Source: Solirubrobacterales bacterium (GTDB lineage: Bacteria; Actinomycetota; Thermoleophilia; Solirubrobacterales; JBBDJG01). Taken from it: DNA of 64,000 bases. The stretch covers positions 10,500 to 74,499 of the forward strand of contig JBBQNR010000001.1 in NCBI GenBank assembly GCA_038330145.1, written 5' to 3'. The notes below the pieces were generated by a model, which searched no databases, was not told the origin of the DNA, and saw only the letters and a program-made list of their open reading frames with translations. Shown one piece after another: positions 1 through 9,800 of this stretch. Both the position numbers and the translations under genes were made by a program. Each line of letters starts with the position of its first letter. The stretch's first letter is position 1.

Positions 1-146
1 CGCGGATTGTGTGCGAGAGCAGCCATCGACAACCGCTGGTGCTGCAACTGCCGCTGCTTATGCAGCGCCGCTACGGCGACACGTTGATCACGATCCATCG
101 CCTCGACGCCGGCAAGGCGACAGAAGGAGCTTCGCTTGAAGGCTGA
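1..146 (+). CDS. 3' end of a probable 16S rRNA methyltransferase RsmD-like gene (partial, runs off the window)
   Basis: Frame 3 reads ...RIVCESSHRQPLVLQLPLLMQRRYGDTLITIHRLDAGK... and ends at TGA 144-146. The C-terminal 'YGDT.I.I' pattern and the position directly upstream of coaD fit rsmD. Confidence 0.4.
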   Translation, partial: RIVCESSHRQPLVLQLPLLMQRRYGDTLITIHRLDAGKATEGASLEG

Positions 147-153
147 CGACGTC

Positions 154-645
154 ATGGTCGCCGTCTGTCCCGGCTCGTACGACCCCGTCACCAACGGCCA
201 CCTCGACATCATCGAGCGAGCGGCCAACGTCTTCCCGCGATTGATCGTGGGAGTCGTGAACCAGCCGGTGCGCAAGCAGGAGACGCTCTTCACGGCCGAG
301 GAACGGCAGCAATTTATCCTGCAAGCCACGCAAAAACTTGGGAACGTGGAGGTGGAGGTGTTTGATACCCTCCTGGTCGATTTTGCCCGCAGGCATGGTG
401 CGCGAGCGCTCGTGAAGGGCCTGCGTGCGATCTCGGACTTCGAGTACGAGTTCGAGATGAACCAACTCAACAGAAAGCTAGCGCCGGAAATCGAGAGCGT
501 ATATTTGATGGCATCGCCCCAATACAGCTTCCTCAGCTCCAGTGGCGTCAAGGAGATCGCCATCTTCGGGGCGAGCGTGGCCGACCTGGTGCCTGCCCCA
601 GTGGCAGACGCGTTACAGGACCGGCTCTCGAGAGCCAAGGACTGA
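154..645 (+). CDS. coaD: Phosphopantetheine adenylyltransferase
   Basis: MVAVCPGSYDPVTNGHLDIIERA... is the canonical CoaD N-terminus (PGSFDPxTxGH), and the length is typical. A TTG at 136 is an alternative start. Confidence 0.9.
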   Translation: MVAVCPGSYDPVTNGHLDIIERAANVFPRLIVGVVNQPVRKQETLFTAEERQQFILQATQKLGNVEVEVFDTLLVDFARRHGARALVKGLRAISDFEYEFEMNQLNRKLAPEIESVYLMASPQYSFLSSSGVKEIAIFGASVADLVPAPVADALQDRLSRAKD

Positions 646-673
646 ATCTAGAAATTACGGCCTGGAGGCCTTT

Positions 674-1141
674 GTGGACGTTCTCGTACTGATAGACAAG
701 CTCGACGACCTGGTGCACAGCGCCAAGCCGGTTCCCCTTACCGATCAGGTTCGCGTGGACCGCGAGGAGATCTACGACCTCCTCGACCAGATGCGGGCGA
801 CGATCCCCGAGGAGATCAAGCAGGCTCGCTGGATCGTGAAGGAGCGCCAGGAGATGCTGGCCGAGGCCACGCGCGCGGCGGAGCGGATCGGGACGGAGGC
901 TCGCGACCCGCAGCAGCGGCTCGTCTCACAGGTGGAGATAACCCGCGAGGCCGAGCGCGCGGCTGAGGAAATCGTCGAGGACGCGAATGCGCGTGCCCGT
1001 GAGATCCGCCTCGGCGCGGAGGACTACGCCGACGAGATCCTCAACACGCTGGAGATCAACCTCCAGAAGTTCCTTGCCGCCGTGCAGCGCGGGCGTGACC
1101 GCCTCGCCGGACGCGAGCAAGAGCCGGCCGAAGTCGGCTAG
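674..1141 (+). CDS. Coiled-coil hypothetical protein (E/R/A-rich, ATP-synthase-b/DivIVA-like helical character)
   Basis: A GTG at 674 lies in frame inside track ORF 542..1141, just after the coaD stop. The high-GC3 frame encodes long heptad-like E/R/A stretches. No specific family recognised. Confidence 0.5.
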   Translation: MDVLVLIDKLDDLVHSAKPVPLTDQVRVDREEIYDLLDQMRATIPEEIKQARWIVKERQEMLAEATRAAERIGTEARDPQQRLVSQVEITREAERAAEEIVEDANARAREIRLGAEDYADEILNTLEINLQKFLAAVQRGRDRLAGREQEPAEVG

Positions 1142-1299
1142 TACTTCACCGGCGGTCTCAGCAGCCGGGGGCGCCAGCAGCGCTTGCCGCACTGGGGGCA
1201 CCTGCGGCCGAAGCGCTGGCCGGGCTTGCCGCAGCGCGAGCAGTCGGGTCCGAGCAGGTCTCCCTCGGGCTTGACGATGTGTTGCGGTGCCACCTCCAT
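1138..1299 (-). CDS. Small (53 aa) zinc-ribbon protein candidate
   Basis: MEVAPQHIVKPEGDLLGPDCSRCGKPGQRFGRRCPQCGKRCWRPRLLRPPVKY has CxxC...CxxC spacing and strongly G/C-biased third positions. It fills the otherwise empty 230-bp gap before the ABC operon. Its stop shares the palindrome CTAG with the stop of the convergent gene. Confidence 0.4.
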   Translation of the reverse strand: MEVAPQHIVKPEGDLLGPDCSRCGKPGQRFGRRCPQCGKRCWRPRLLRPPVKY

Positions 1300-1371
1300 A
1301 CCGTAGCCGCGCCCGCGCGCTCGGTGCGGAACGTCCCACAGCGGGCTCGGGACACCCTTTAGGATCTGCCC

Positions 1372-2358
1372 GTGGCGGCAATCGAGATTCGCGGGCTGGA
1401 GCGCCGTTTCTCCGGCGGTGTGGTTGCCGTCGCCGGCATAGACCTGGAGGTTGCCGAGGGCGAGATCTACGCTTTCCTCGGCCCCAACGGCGCCGGCAAG
1501 ACGACCACGGTGCGCATGCTGACCACCCTCCTGCGTCCGACGGGTGGGCACGCGATCGTCGCCGGCCACGACGTCGTGCGGGAGGCCGCCGACGTTCGGC
1601 GCTCGATCGGCGTGGCTCTGCAGGAGGCGGCGCTCGATCCGCTCATGACGGGCCGCGAGCTGATGCACCTGCAGGCGACTCTGCACGGCATTCCCCGTAA
1701 CGACGGCGTGCGGCGCAGCACCGCACTGCTCAATCGGGTCGGCCTGACACAGGCCGCCGATCGCCGCATCGGGACCTACTCGGGAGGCATGCGACGCCGG
1801 CTCGACCTCGCCACCGCTCTCGTGCACGACCCCAACGTCCTGTTCTTGGACGAGCCGACCACGGGCCTGGACCCGGTCAGTCGCAGGGCGATCTGGGAAG
1901 AGGTCCGAAAGCTCAACGACGAGGGCACCACCGTCTTCCTCACCACCCAATACCTGGAGGAGGCGGACCAGCTCGCTGATCGCGTCGGCATCATCGACGA
2001 CGGGCGCATGGCGGCGGAGGGAACTCCGGCGTTGCTCAAGGCGCAGGTTGGCCGGCCGCGCCTCGAGCTGACTCTGGTGACCGGCGTCAACAGCGAGCAC
2101 ACCCGCGCTGTGGAGGTGCTGGCGCGCTTCGGCGAGCCGCTGCCCTCCAAGAACGGCATGCTGATGGTGAGCCTGGAGAGAGGAGCCAGCGACATCGCAC
2201 TTGTCGTTCGCGCGCTCGACGAGGCCGGGCTGGGCGTCGAGACCCTGAACCTGGTGCAGCCCTCGCTGGACGACGTCTTCGTGGAGAAGACCGGCCGTCA
2301 CCTCGAGGGAGCGGATAAGCAGCCCGCCGCCGAGACGGGCGTCGGCGCCGAGCAGTGA
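1372..2358 (+). CDS. ABC transporter ATP-binding protein (DrrA/ABC-2 exporter type)
   Basis: Walker A GPNGAGKTT, signature YSGGMRRRL and Walker B LFLDEPTTGLD are present. GTG start. Confidence 0.9.
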   Translation: MAAIEIRGLERRFSGGVVAVAGIDLEVAEGEIYAFLGPNGAGKTTTVRMLTTLLRPTGGHAIVAGHDVVREAADVRRSIGVALQEAALDPLMTGRELMHLQATLHGIPRNDGVRRSTALLNRVGLTQAADRRIGTYSGGMRRRLDLATALVHDPNVLFLDEPTTGLDPVSRRAIWEEVRKLNDEGTTVFLTTQYLEEADQLADRVGIIDDGRMAAEGTPALLKAQVGRPRLELTLVTGVNSEHTRAVEVLARFGEPLPSKNGMLMVSLERGASDIALVVRALDEAGLGVETLNLVQPSLDDVFVEKTGRHLEGADKQPAAETGVGAEQ

Positions 2359-3143
2359 GAGGGCGCCTGGTCTGGAACCTTCGTGTCGTGGCGGCGCTCG
2401 GCCGCCGCTCGGTGATGCAGGCCTTCCGCCGTCCGCAGTTTCTGGCGCCGATCATCGTCTTCCCGTCGCTGTTTCTGGCCGTCAACACCGGCGGCGCCGG
2501 CCGCGCCGTCGACCTGCCGCAGTTCCCGCAGGTGCACGGCTTCCTCGACTTCCAGCTCGCGGGCGCGATGCTTCAGTCCACCATGCTGGCGGGCGTCAGC
2601 GGCGCGATCGCGCTCGCGATGGACATCGAGATCGGCTTCGTGGACCGCCTGATCGCGGCGCCGATCGCGCGCTCGTCCTTCGTGCTCGGGCGTCTGGTGG
2701 CGACGGGGATGCTGGGGATGATCGCCGGCATCTGGTTCATCGCGGTCGGCCTGGTGTTCGGAGCGCACATCGCGGGCGGCGTGATGGGCGCGCTGGTGGT
2801 GATCGCGATGGTGGCGCTGAATGCGCTCGCCTGGGGCACCGTCGGTGCCGCCCTGGCACTTAAGAGCGGGCGCGCGAGCGTTGCCCAGGGCGTGTTCCCG
2901 CTCGTGTTCGTGATCCTCTTCCTGTCGTCGGCCTTCTTCCCGCGTGGGCTCCTGCTGGAGCCCGCGCAGACGATCGCCGACTGGAACCCGATGAGCCTGA
3001 TCGCCGAGGGCCTTCGCGATCCGATCATCTCGGGGCTTTCGTTCGGATCGACGATGAAGGGGCTGGGAGGAATCGCAATCGTCGCCGCCATCGGCACGGC
3101 GCTCAGCATGTGGGGCCTGCGCGCAAGGCTGCGGGCCGGATGA
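2355..3143 (+). CDS. ABC-2 type transporter permease
   Basis: Six hydrophobic segments, and the start is a GTGA overlap with the stop of the upstream ATPase gene (GTG 2355-2357 / TGA 2356-2358). Confidence 0.8.
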   Translation: MRGRLVWNLRVVAALGRRSVMQAFRRPQFLAPIIVFPSLFLAVNTGGAGRAVDLPQFPQVHGFLDFQLAGAMLQSTMLAGVSGAIALAMDIEIGFVDRLIAAPIARSSFVLGRLVATGMLGMIAGIWFIAVGLVFGAHIAGGVMGALVVIAMVALNALAWGTVGAALALKSGRASVAQGVFPLVFVILFLSSAFFPRGLLLEPAQTIADWNPMSLIAEGLRDPIISGLSFGSTMKGLGGIAIVAAIGTALSMWGLRARLRAG

Positions 3144-3913
3144 CCGCGCTGCGCGGAGACCTGACCATGACCTGGGCGTTGATGCGGCGCGGCGTCAACG
3201 AACTGCTGCGCGTGCCGGCGGCGGGCATCCCGGGCATCCTCGCGCCGACGATCTTCATGGTCGGCCTGACGGCCGTCTTCGGCAGCCTGACGCTGCTGCC
3301 GGGCTTCACGACAGACGACTACATCACCTTCATCCTCCCGGTCGGGTTCCTGCAGGGCGCCGGCTTCACCGGGGCCGCCACCGGGGTGAACCTGGCGCGC
3401 GACATCGAGCTGGGCTGGTTCGACCGCCTGCTGGCGTCGCCCGCTCCGCGCGGCGTGCTGCTTGCCGGAACGGTCCTGTCGGCCAGCCTGCGCACCGTGC
3501 TGCCGTTCTCGCTGCTGATGATCGTCGGACTTTCGCTGGGAGCCGAGTTCCCCGGCGTCGACGGCCTGCTGCTTGCGCTCGCGATCGCAGCGGTGTTCGC
3601 GGCGGTGGCCGCTTCCTACGCGGTCACGCTCGCGCTCAAGTTCCGCACCCAGGCTGCGGCGCCGCTGATGCAGGCGGGCGTCTTCATGGCCGTCCTCTTC
3701 ACCAGCGCGTACGCGCCCGAGCCGCTGCTGACCGGCTGGCTCAAGGACGTGGCCGCGGTCAACCCGGTGACGCTCATCCTCGATGCCGTCCGCCAGGGGT
3801 TCGTGGGCGGCGTCACCTGGTCGGACACCTGGCCGGGGCTGCTGGCCCTGGCCGGTCTCGCGGCGGTAGTGGTCGCGCTGGCGATGCGCGGCCTGAGTCG
3901 CACCTCCGACTAG
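3140..3913 (+). CDS. ABC-2 type transporter permease (second subunit)
   Basis: ATGA overlap at 3140-3143 with the preceding permease. Polytopic hydrophobic protein. A GTG at 3110 is an alternative start. Confidence 0.8.
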   Translation: MTALRGDLTMTWALMRRGVNELLRVPAAGIPGILAPTIFMVGLTAVFGSLTLLPGFTTDDYITFILPVGFLQGAGFTGAATGVNLARDIELGWFDRLLASPAPRGVLLAGTVLSASLRTVLPFSLLMIVGLSLGAEFPGVDGLLLALAIAAVFAAVAASYAVTLALKFRTQAAAPLMQAGVFMAVLFTSAYAPEPLLTGWLKDVAAVNPVTLILDAVRQGFVGGVTWSDTWPGLLALAGLAAVVVALAMRGLSRTSD

Positions 3914-3983
3914 CGCACCCAGAGGTTGCCACGGCCGGGAAACGGTCCCCGAACGGCGCCGGGGCGGGTCTAACATTGGCTCG

Positions 3984-4502
3984 ATGCCTCAGCTCGCCGA
4001 CACGCTCAACATCGACAACCTCAACCTGCGCTCCGGCGCGGGCACGCGCTTCGACGCCGAGCTGCGGATCGAGCCGCTGCAGGCGGCAGGGCAGAAATAC
4101 CACGTGGTGGGCTGCAGGGTCGACGCTCGCGTCGACGTCTCTCGCACGAGCTCCGGGTACGCCTTCAAGCTTCGCTTTGAAGCCGAGCTGGAGGGACCGT
4201 GCATGCGCTGCCTGGCCGATGCGCGTCCCCTGATCGAGGTCGAGGCTCGCGAGGTCGAGCAGCCGGGAGAGGCGGAGGACTTCCACAGCCCCTACTTCGA
4301 GGACGGCGTGCTGGAGCTGGCAGGCTGGGCGCGTGACGCGCTGGTCCTGGCGCTGCCACCGCGGCTGCTCTGCCGCGACGACTGCCGCGGCCTCTGCTCG
4401 GTCTGCGGCGTCAGCCTCAACGATGCCGACCCCACCGAGCACAGGCACGAGAGCGATATCGACCCGCGCTGGGCCAAGCTGGGCGAGCTGAAGCTGGAAT
4501 AA
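3984..4502 (+). CDS. yceD: YceD/DUF177 family protein (23S rRNA accumulation protein)
   Basis: C-terminal CRDDCRGLCSVCGVSLN...DPRWAKLGELK matches the DUF177 cysteine motif. It sits in the classic position immediately upstream of rpmF. Confidence 0.85.
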   Translation: MPQLADTLNIDNLNLRSGAGTRFDAELRIEPLQAAGQKYHVVGCRVDARVDVSRTSSGYAFKLRFEAELEGPCMRCLADARPLIEVEAREVEQPGEAEDFHSPYFEDGVLELAGWARDALVLALPPRLLCRDDCRGLCSVCGVSLNDADPTEHRHESDIDPRWAKLGELKLE

Positions 4503-4555
4503 CGCACGGGCCGCGGGAATCAGTGATCTAGCCCTCACCGCTATCCTTCCCGGCC

Positions 4556-4771
4556 ATGGCGGTACCAAAGCAAAAGCAATCCAGCGCCCGGCGGGACAAG
4601 CGGCGCGCGAACCACAAGATCTCGGCACCGACCTACAACCAGTGCCCCCAGTGCCACTCGCCGCGTCTGCCGCACCGTGTGTGTCCGGAATGCGGCTATT
4701 ACGGCAAGCGTCAGGTCGTGACGCCGGCCGCTTCCTCCCCCGAGGGGGAACCGTCGCAACAGTCGCAGTAG
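4556..4771 (+). CDS. rpmF: 50S ribosomal protein L32
   Basis: MAVPKQKQSSARRDKRRANHK...CPQCHSPRLPHRVCPECGYY is the canonical L32 N-terminus plus zinc ribbon. Confidence 0.9.
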   Translation: MAVPKQKQSSARRDKRRANHKISAPTYNQCPQCHSPRLPHRVCPECGYYGKRQVVTPAASSPEGEPSQQSQ

Positions 4772-5844
4772 ACGCGCTCGGCGCCGACCTCGGAGTCGCA
4801 GAGGTTGTGTCGGGGGCGGCCGCCGCCGCTCGCGCCGGTACGCGCTGCGTCGTCTACGGCCCTCTGGCAGAGATGGAGCAGGCTCTCGGCGCAGAGGCCC
4901 CCGGCTCGCTGGAGCTCGTCGACGCCCCGTTTACGATCGCCAACGACGACGAGCCGGCTCGGGCGGCGCGCTCGATGACCGAGGCGTCGGTCGTGCAGGC
5001 CGCCAAGTCGGTCGCCGAAGCCCGCGCCGACGCGCTGGTAAGCGCGGGGTCCACGGGCGCCGCGCTGGCGGCATCTCTTCTGCACGTCAAGCGCATGCCG
5101 GGAGTCTTTCGGCCCGCGATCGCCGTGCCGCTGCCGCTGCCGGGCGGCACCGTGGTCCTGCTCGACGTCGGCGCCAACGTCGAGGTGCGGGCCGAGCACC
5201 TGATCCAGTTCGCCCACATGGGCGCGGCCTTCAGCGAGCGGGTGCTCGGCGTGCCGCGGCCCCGGGTCGGGCTGCTGTCGGTGGGGGAGGAGCCGGGCAA
5301 GGGCACCGCGACGGTCGTGGAAGCGCACCAGCGGCTGGCGCAGGGCGAGCTCGAGTTCGCGGGCAACGTCGAGGGCGACGACGTTCCGCAGGCGGCCGTG
5401 GACGTGGTCGTCACGGACGGCTTCACGGGCAACGTGGCGCTGAAGCTGATGGAGGGGACGTCGCGCTCGCTGACCGGCGCCATCTCGCAGGCCGCCCGCT
5501 CTGGCCCGCTGTCGGCGATCGGGGGGCTGCTGCTGAAGCCGAAGCTGTCCAAGCTGCGCGACCGCATCGACCCAGAGCGCGTGGGCGGCGCCTACCTGCT
5601 GGGGCTGCGGAGACTGGTGGTGATCTGCCACGGCCGCTCCAGCCGGCGCGCGATCCAGAATGCGATCGAGCTGGCCGCGCGCGGCGTCGAGCAGCAGGTG
5701 GTGGACCGCACCGCCGAAGGGCTGTCGCGGTCCGGCGCGCTGAGAGGTTCGAACGAACAACCCTTCGCCGAGGCCTCACCGGATGGGCCGGCGGAGACGC
5801 CATCCGCGTCCGCGACCGCTGATAGCTTGGAAGTTCAGCAATGA
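4690..5844 (+). CDS. plsX: Phosphate acyltransferase PlsX
   Basis: VAVDALGADLG... matches the PlsX 'AVDAMGGD' N-terminus, with FTGNVALK downstream. The only canonical start that keeps this motif is ATG 4690, which lies 82 nt inside rpmF. Confidence 0.85.
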   Translation: MRLLRQASGRDAGRFLPRGGTVATVAVDALGADLGVAEVVSGAAAAARAGTRCVVYGPLAEMEQALGAEAPGSLELVDAPFTIANDDEPARAARSMTEASVVQAAKSVAEARADALVSAGSTGAALAASLLHVKRMPGVFRPAIAVPLPLPGGTVVLLDVGANVEVRAEHLIQFAHMGAAFSERVLGVPRPRVGLLSVGEEPGKGTATVVEAHQRLAQGELEFAGNVEGDDVPQAAVDVVVTDGFTGNVALKLMEGTSRSLTGAISQAARSGPLSAIGGLLLKPKLSKLRDRIDPERVGGAYLLGLRRLVVICHGRSSRRAIQNAIELAARGVEQQVVDRTAEGLSRSGALRGSNEQPFAEASPDGPAETPSASATADSLEVQQ

Positions 5845-6116
5845 ACGACCTGCCGGCCGCCAGTCGAGACGAAGTGTTCGCCCTCGTTCGGGGTCATCTG
5901 TCCCAGGAGCTCGGGATGGACTCCTCCGGCATCGAGGAGGGCACCCGCTTCAAGGAGGATCTCGAGGCGGACTCCCTCGACCTCGTGGAGCTGGTGATGG
6001 AGCTGGAAGATCGCTATGGCATCCGGATCACCGACGAAGAGGCGGAGCGGATAGAGACTGTCGGCCAGGCGATCGATTTCGTCCTCTCACACGCCCCCGC
6101 CAATTCTTCCCCCTGA
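5841..6116 (+). CDS. acpP: Acyl carrier protein
   Basis: The LEADSLDLVELVMELEDRYGIRITDEE phosphopantetheine-attachment motif (DSLD) is present. ATGA overlap with plsX. Confidence 0.9.
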   Translation: MNDLPAASRDEVFALVRGHLSQELGMDSSGIEEGTRFKEDLEADSLDLVELVMELEDRYGIRITDEEAERIETVGQAIDFVLSHAPANSSP

Positions 6117-6739
6117 GCGATCAGCTGAGTCAACTCCGGGCTCTGCTCGACGAGCTGCCCGGCGACCTTTCGAGGCAGGCGTTCTCGCACGCCTCCTGGG
6201 TCGACGACCGCGCGGCTTCCTACGAGCGCCTGGCGTTCCTCGGCGACAGCGTCCTCAACCTGGCGATCTCGACAGCACTGTTTCCGCGCTTCAAGCGCCA
6301 CACGGCCGGGCGCCTGACCAAGATCCGGGCGCAGACGGTCAGCAGGCGCTCCTGCGTGGAGGTGGCTCGGGCGCTGGGCGTTCCCGACCGCATGCGGGCG
6401 ATCGCGCCGTCGGGCCAGCCGCACCTGATCGAGGCGCCGATCGCGTCCGAGAGCGTGCTGGCGGAGACGGTGGAGGCCGCGATCGGCGCCTGCTTCCTCG
6501 AGTTTGGGTTCGAGCGCACGGCGGAGGCGGTCGCCGAGGCCTTCGAGCAGCAGATAGAGGTCGCGATCGACACCATGTTCGACTACAAGAGCGAGCTGCA
6601 GGAGCGGCTTGCGCAACGCGGCGAGCTCGTGACCTACACGGTCATCGACGAGCAGGGCCCGCCGCACGACCGCCGCTTCGAGACGGTCGCCGAGGTGGAG
6701 GGGCGCCGGCTCGGCGCCGGCCTTGGCAAGAGCAAGTAG
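6113..6739 (+). CDS. rnc: Ribonuclease III, ending at an in-frame TAG inside the dsRNA-binding domain
   Basis: ERLAFLGDSVLNL RNase III signature, with the dsRBD beginning at DYKSELQERL. No ATG/GTG/TTG follows acpP, and the first plausible start is CTG 6113, nested in the acpP TGA. The ORF stops at TAG 6737-6739, but the frame continues with ESEQEAAREALEELGGK to TGA 6791-6793. Confidence 0.85.
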   Translation: MSDQLSQLRALLDELPGDLSRQAFSHASWVDDRAASYERLAFLGDSVLNLAISTALFPRFKRHTAGRLTKIRAQTVSRRSCVEVARALGVPDRMRAIAPSGQPHLIEAPIASESVLAETVEAAIGACFLEFGFERTAEAVAEAFEQQIEVAIDTMFDYKSELQERLAQRGELVTYTVIDEQGPPHDRRFETVAEVEGRRLGAGLGKSK

Positions 6740-6838
6740 GAATCCGAGCAGGAGGCGGCCCGCGAAGCGCTCGAGGAGCTCGGAGGAAAGTGACGCCGGC
6801 GTCGAATCAGACGGTGACTTTGGGGGTCGAGCGCTGAC

Positions 6839-9800
6839 ATGTACATGAAGTCGATCATGCTGAAGGGCTTCAAGTCGTTCCCTGATCGCACGCAGCTCAC
6901 GTTCGGCCCCGGCGTGAGCGTGATCGTCGGACCCAACGGCAGCGGCAAGTCGAACATCACCGACGCGGTGCTGTGGGCACTCGGCGAGCAGAGCGCTCTG
7001 GCGGTGCGCGGCCAGACGATGCAGGACGTCATCTTCGCCGGCAGTGACGCCGCGCGCAGCCGCAGTTCGGCCGACGTCGAGATCGTGATCGACAACTCCG
7101 ACGGCCAACTCAACTCCGAGTTCTCCGAGCTGGCGATCACGCGCCACATCGATCGCAGCGGCGAGGGCGTCTACCGGTTGAACGGTGCGCGCTGCCGGCT
7201 CGTCGACGTGATGGAGGTTCTCTCCGACAGCGGTCTCGGCAAGGAGATGCACTCGGTGATCAGCCAGGGGCGCGTCGAGGGGATCATCCACTCGAAGCCC
7301 GTAGATCGCACCGCGCTGATCGAGGAGGCCGCCGGCCTCAGCAAGCACCGCAAGCGCCGCCGCCGCGCCCAGCTGAAGCTCGAGCGCACGCAGGACAACC
7401 TCGACCGTGCGCTGGACGTCGAGCGCGAGGCGCGCTCACGGCTGCGTCCGCTGAAGCGACAGGCCGAGGCGGCAGAGCTGCATGCGCGGCTCGAGCGTCA
7501 GGGCCTTGAATTGCGCGGCCGCCTCACCCAGGAGAGCCTGCGTCTGGTGCGCGAGGAGCTCTCGGCGGCCGAGTCCGCTGCGACCGGGGCACGCCGCCGG
7601 CGCGACGAGCTGGAGGCCGAGCAGAGTGCCGTCGCCCATCGCCGCGAGCAGACCGAGCGCAACCTCGCTCAGCACGGCCACGACCGCGAGCAGCTCTCGT
7701 CGCGGTTGTATGCGGCGCGTTCCGCCGCAGAGCGGATCTCGATCCGGCTCGAGTCCGTGCGCGCCACCGAGGCGACCATCGCCGGCCGGCTGCAGCGAGC
7801 GCGGCGCCTGCTGGATCAGCCGCGAGAGGAAGAGGCCGGTGGCGGAACGCTCGCCGAGCTGGAGGCCGAGCTGGCGCAGCTTGAGATCGAGCGCGACTCG
7901 CGCCTGGCCTCGGAGCTTGCGGACGTGGAGGCCGAGCGCCGCGAGGCCGAGGCTCAGGGTGCCAGGCTTGCGGGAGAAGGCGACGCCCGCGCCGCCGAGC
8001 TCGAGCAGGCCGAGACGGCGGTCGCGCAGGCACGGCAGCGGCTGCGGGAGGCCAGCGACCGTGAACAGGCCGCAGCGCGGGTCCAGGCCGGGCTCGAGGT
8101 GGATCTGGAGCGCCTGATCGCCCGCCAGCGGCTCACCGGCGCCGGCACAGGCCCAGCGCTGGCGGACGCGATCCAGGTCGACGACGGTTATGAGTCGGCC
8201 GTCGCAGCGGCCCTCGGTGGGCGGTTGAGCGCACAGCTCGCAGAGGACCTGCCCGGCGCCGCCAGGACGGTCGCGGGCCGGGGCGACCAGGGTGGGCGCG
8301 CTCTCGTCATGGGGGGCGCCGTACCTCGCAACTCGGGCCGGCCACCGCAGCCGGGCGCGCAACGGCTACTGGATCACCTGCATGCGGACGACGGCATCCG
8401 CGAGCTGCTCGTGCGGTTGCTTGCCGACGCCTGGGTCGTCGAGCGCATCGAAGGCCTGCCGGACGATTTCGAGGGCATCGCGGTCACGCTCGAGGGCACG
8501 GCCTACCACGGGGCTCTGCGTCAGGTGCGGCGCCTGCCGGCCGGCGGCGCCCAGGATGCCCTGGCTGCGCGTAGCCGTCGTGAGGAGGTCGAGGCAGAGC
8601 TTGGCCGCGCCACCGCCGAGCTGGAGCGAGCGCGCTCGGAGAATGAGCAGGCCACCGCACAGCTGGCCTCCGGAGAGCAGCAGCGCGAGCAGCTCGAGGG
8701 CGAGCTGCGGGAGCTGAGAAGGCAGCGCGAGGAGCAGGTCGAGCGTGCCCGGCGAGCGGATTGGCTGATTGAGCAGCGACGCGAGCTCGGCAGCGGCCCC
8801 GCCGACGTGCGCCGCCGCGAGCTGGCCGGGCAGGTCGAGGTCGAGCGCCGCCTGGCCGAGACCCTGGCCCGCGGCCAGGCGGAGCAGGCCGCACGCCGGC
8901 GAAGGGTCGAGGCCGCGGCCGAGCGCGACGAGGCGCTCCTGCCTACGGCAGGGCAGCTGATCCGCGCGCTGGAGCAAGCGCTGGCAGCGACTCGTGGCCG
9001 GCTGTCACAGCTGGAAGAGGAGCTTCAGGCCGACGAGGCCGTCGGACAGCAGCAGGCGGCCGAGCTACGCCGCCTGGCCCAATCCGAATACGAGCTTCAG
9101 GCGCGGCTGCGCGAGGCCTCCGAGGCGCTCACGCAGGAGGAGGTGCGTGTCGCCCAGATCCGCGACCGGGAGTCCACGACGGCTGCTGAGCTGACGGGCA
9201 TCTCGCAGCTTCTCGGCGGTGAGGTCGAGGATCAGGGCCCGCTGGCCGAGGAGGAGCGGATCGAGGTCGAGGCGCGCGTGGAGAGGCTCGAGCGCCGGCG
9301 CGAGCGCATCGGCCCCGTGAATCCGCTGGCCGAGAACGAGTACAAGGAGGCGGTCGAGCACGTCGACGAGCTCGAGGGCCAGCGCAAGGACCTCGAGTCC
9401 GCGCTCTCTGAGCTGCGCGGGCTGATCCGCGAGACTGACCGGCGCATCAGGGAGGCCTTCGAGGAGACGTTCGAGATCGCCGCGCGCAACTTTGAGGAGA
9501 TGGTCCAGCACCTGTTCCCCGGCGGACGGGGCAAGCTGCGCCTCGTGAAGCCGCAACGGCCGCGCGTGGTGCTCGGCGGCGCCGAGGCGCCTGATGACGA
9601 GCCCGTGGCCGAGGAGGGTCTCGGCGCCGCGCCGGAGCCGGGCGCCGGTGAGGCCACGGCCGAGTCCGTCGCGGATATGGCCGACCCCAAGGACGATACG
9701 CCGGGCGTGGAGATCGAGGTCACTCCCGCCGGCAAGTCCACCAAGCGCCTGTCACTGCTTTCGGGCGGCGAGAAGTCGCTGGTCGCGCTCGGCTTCCTGT

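Noticed and set aside
5783-6112. Long 5' extension of the rnc ORF starting at ATG 5783
   Set aside because: It would overlap all of acpP out of frame and encodes Arg/Gly/Pro-rich sequence. RNase III homology begins only after 6113.
7436-9744. Multiple 130-310-aa ORFs on both strands inside smc
   Set aside because: All lie within the SMC coiled-coil region, whose GAG/CTG/CGC-rich repeats keep several frames open. None has independent motif support.
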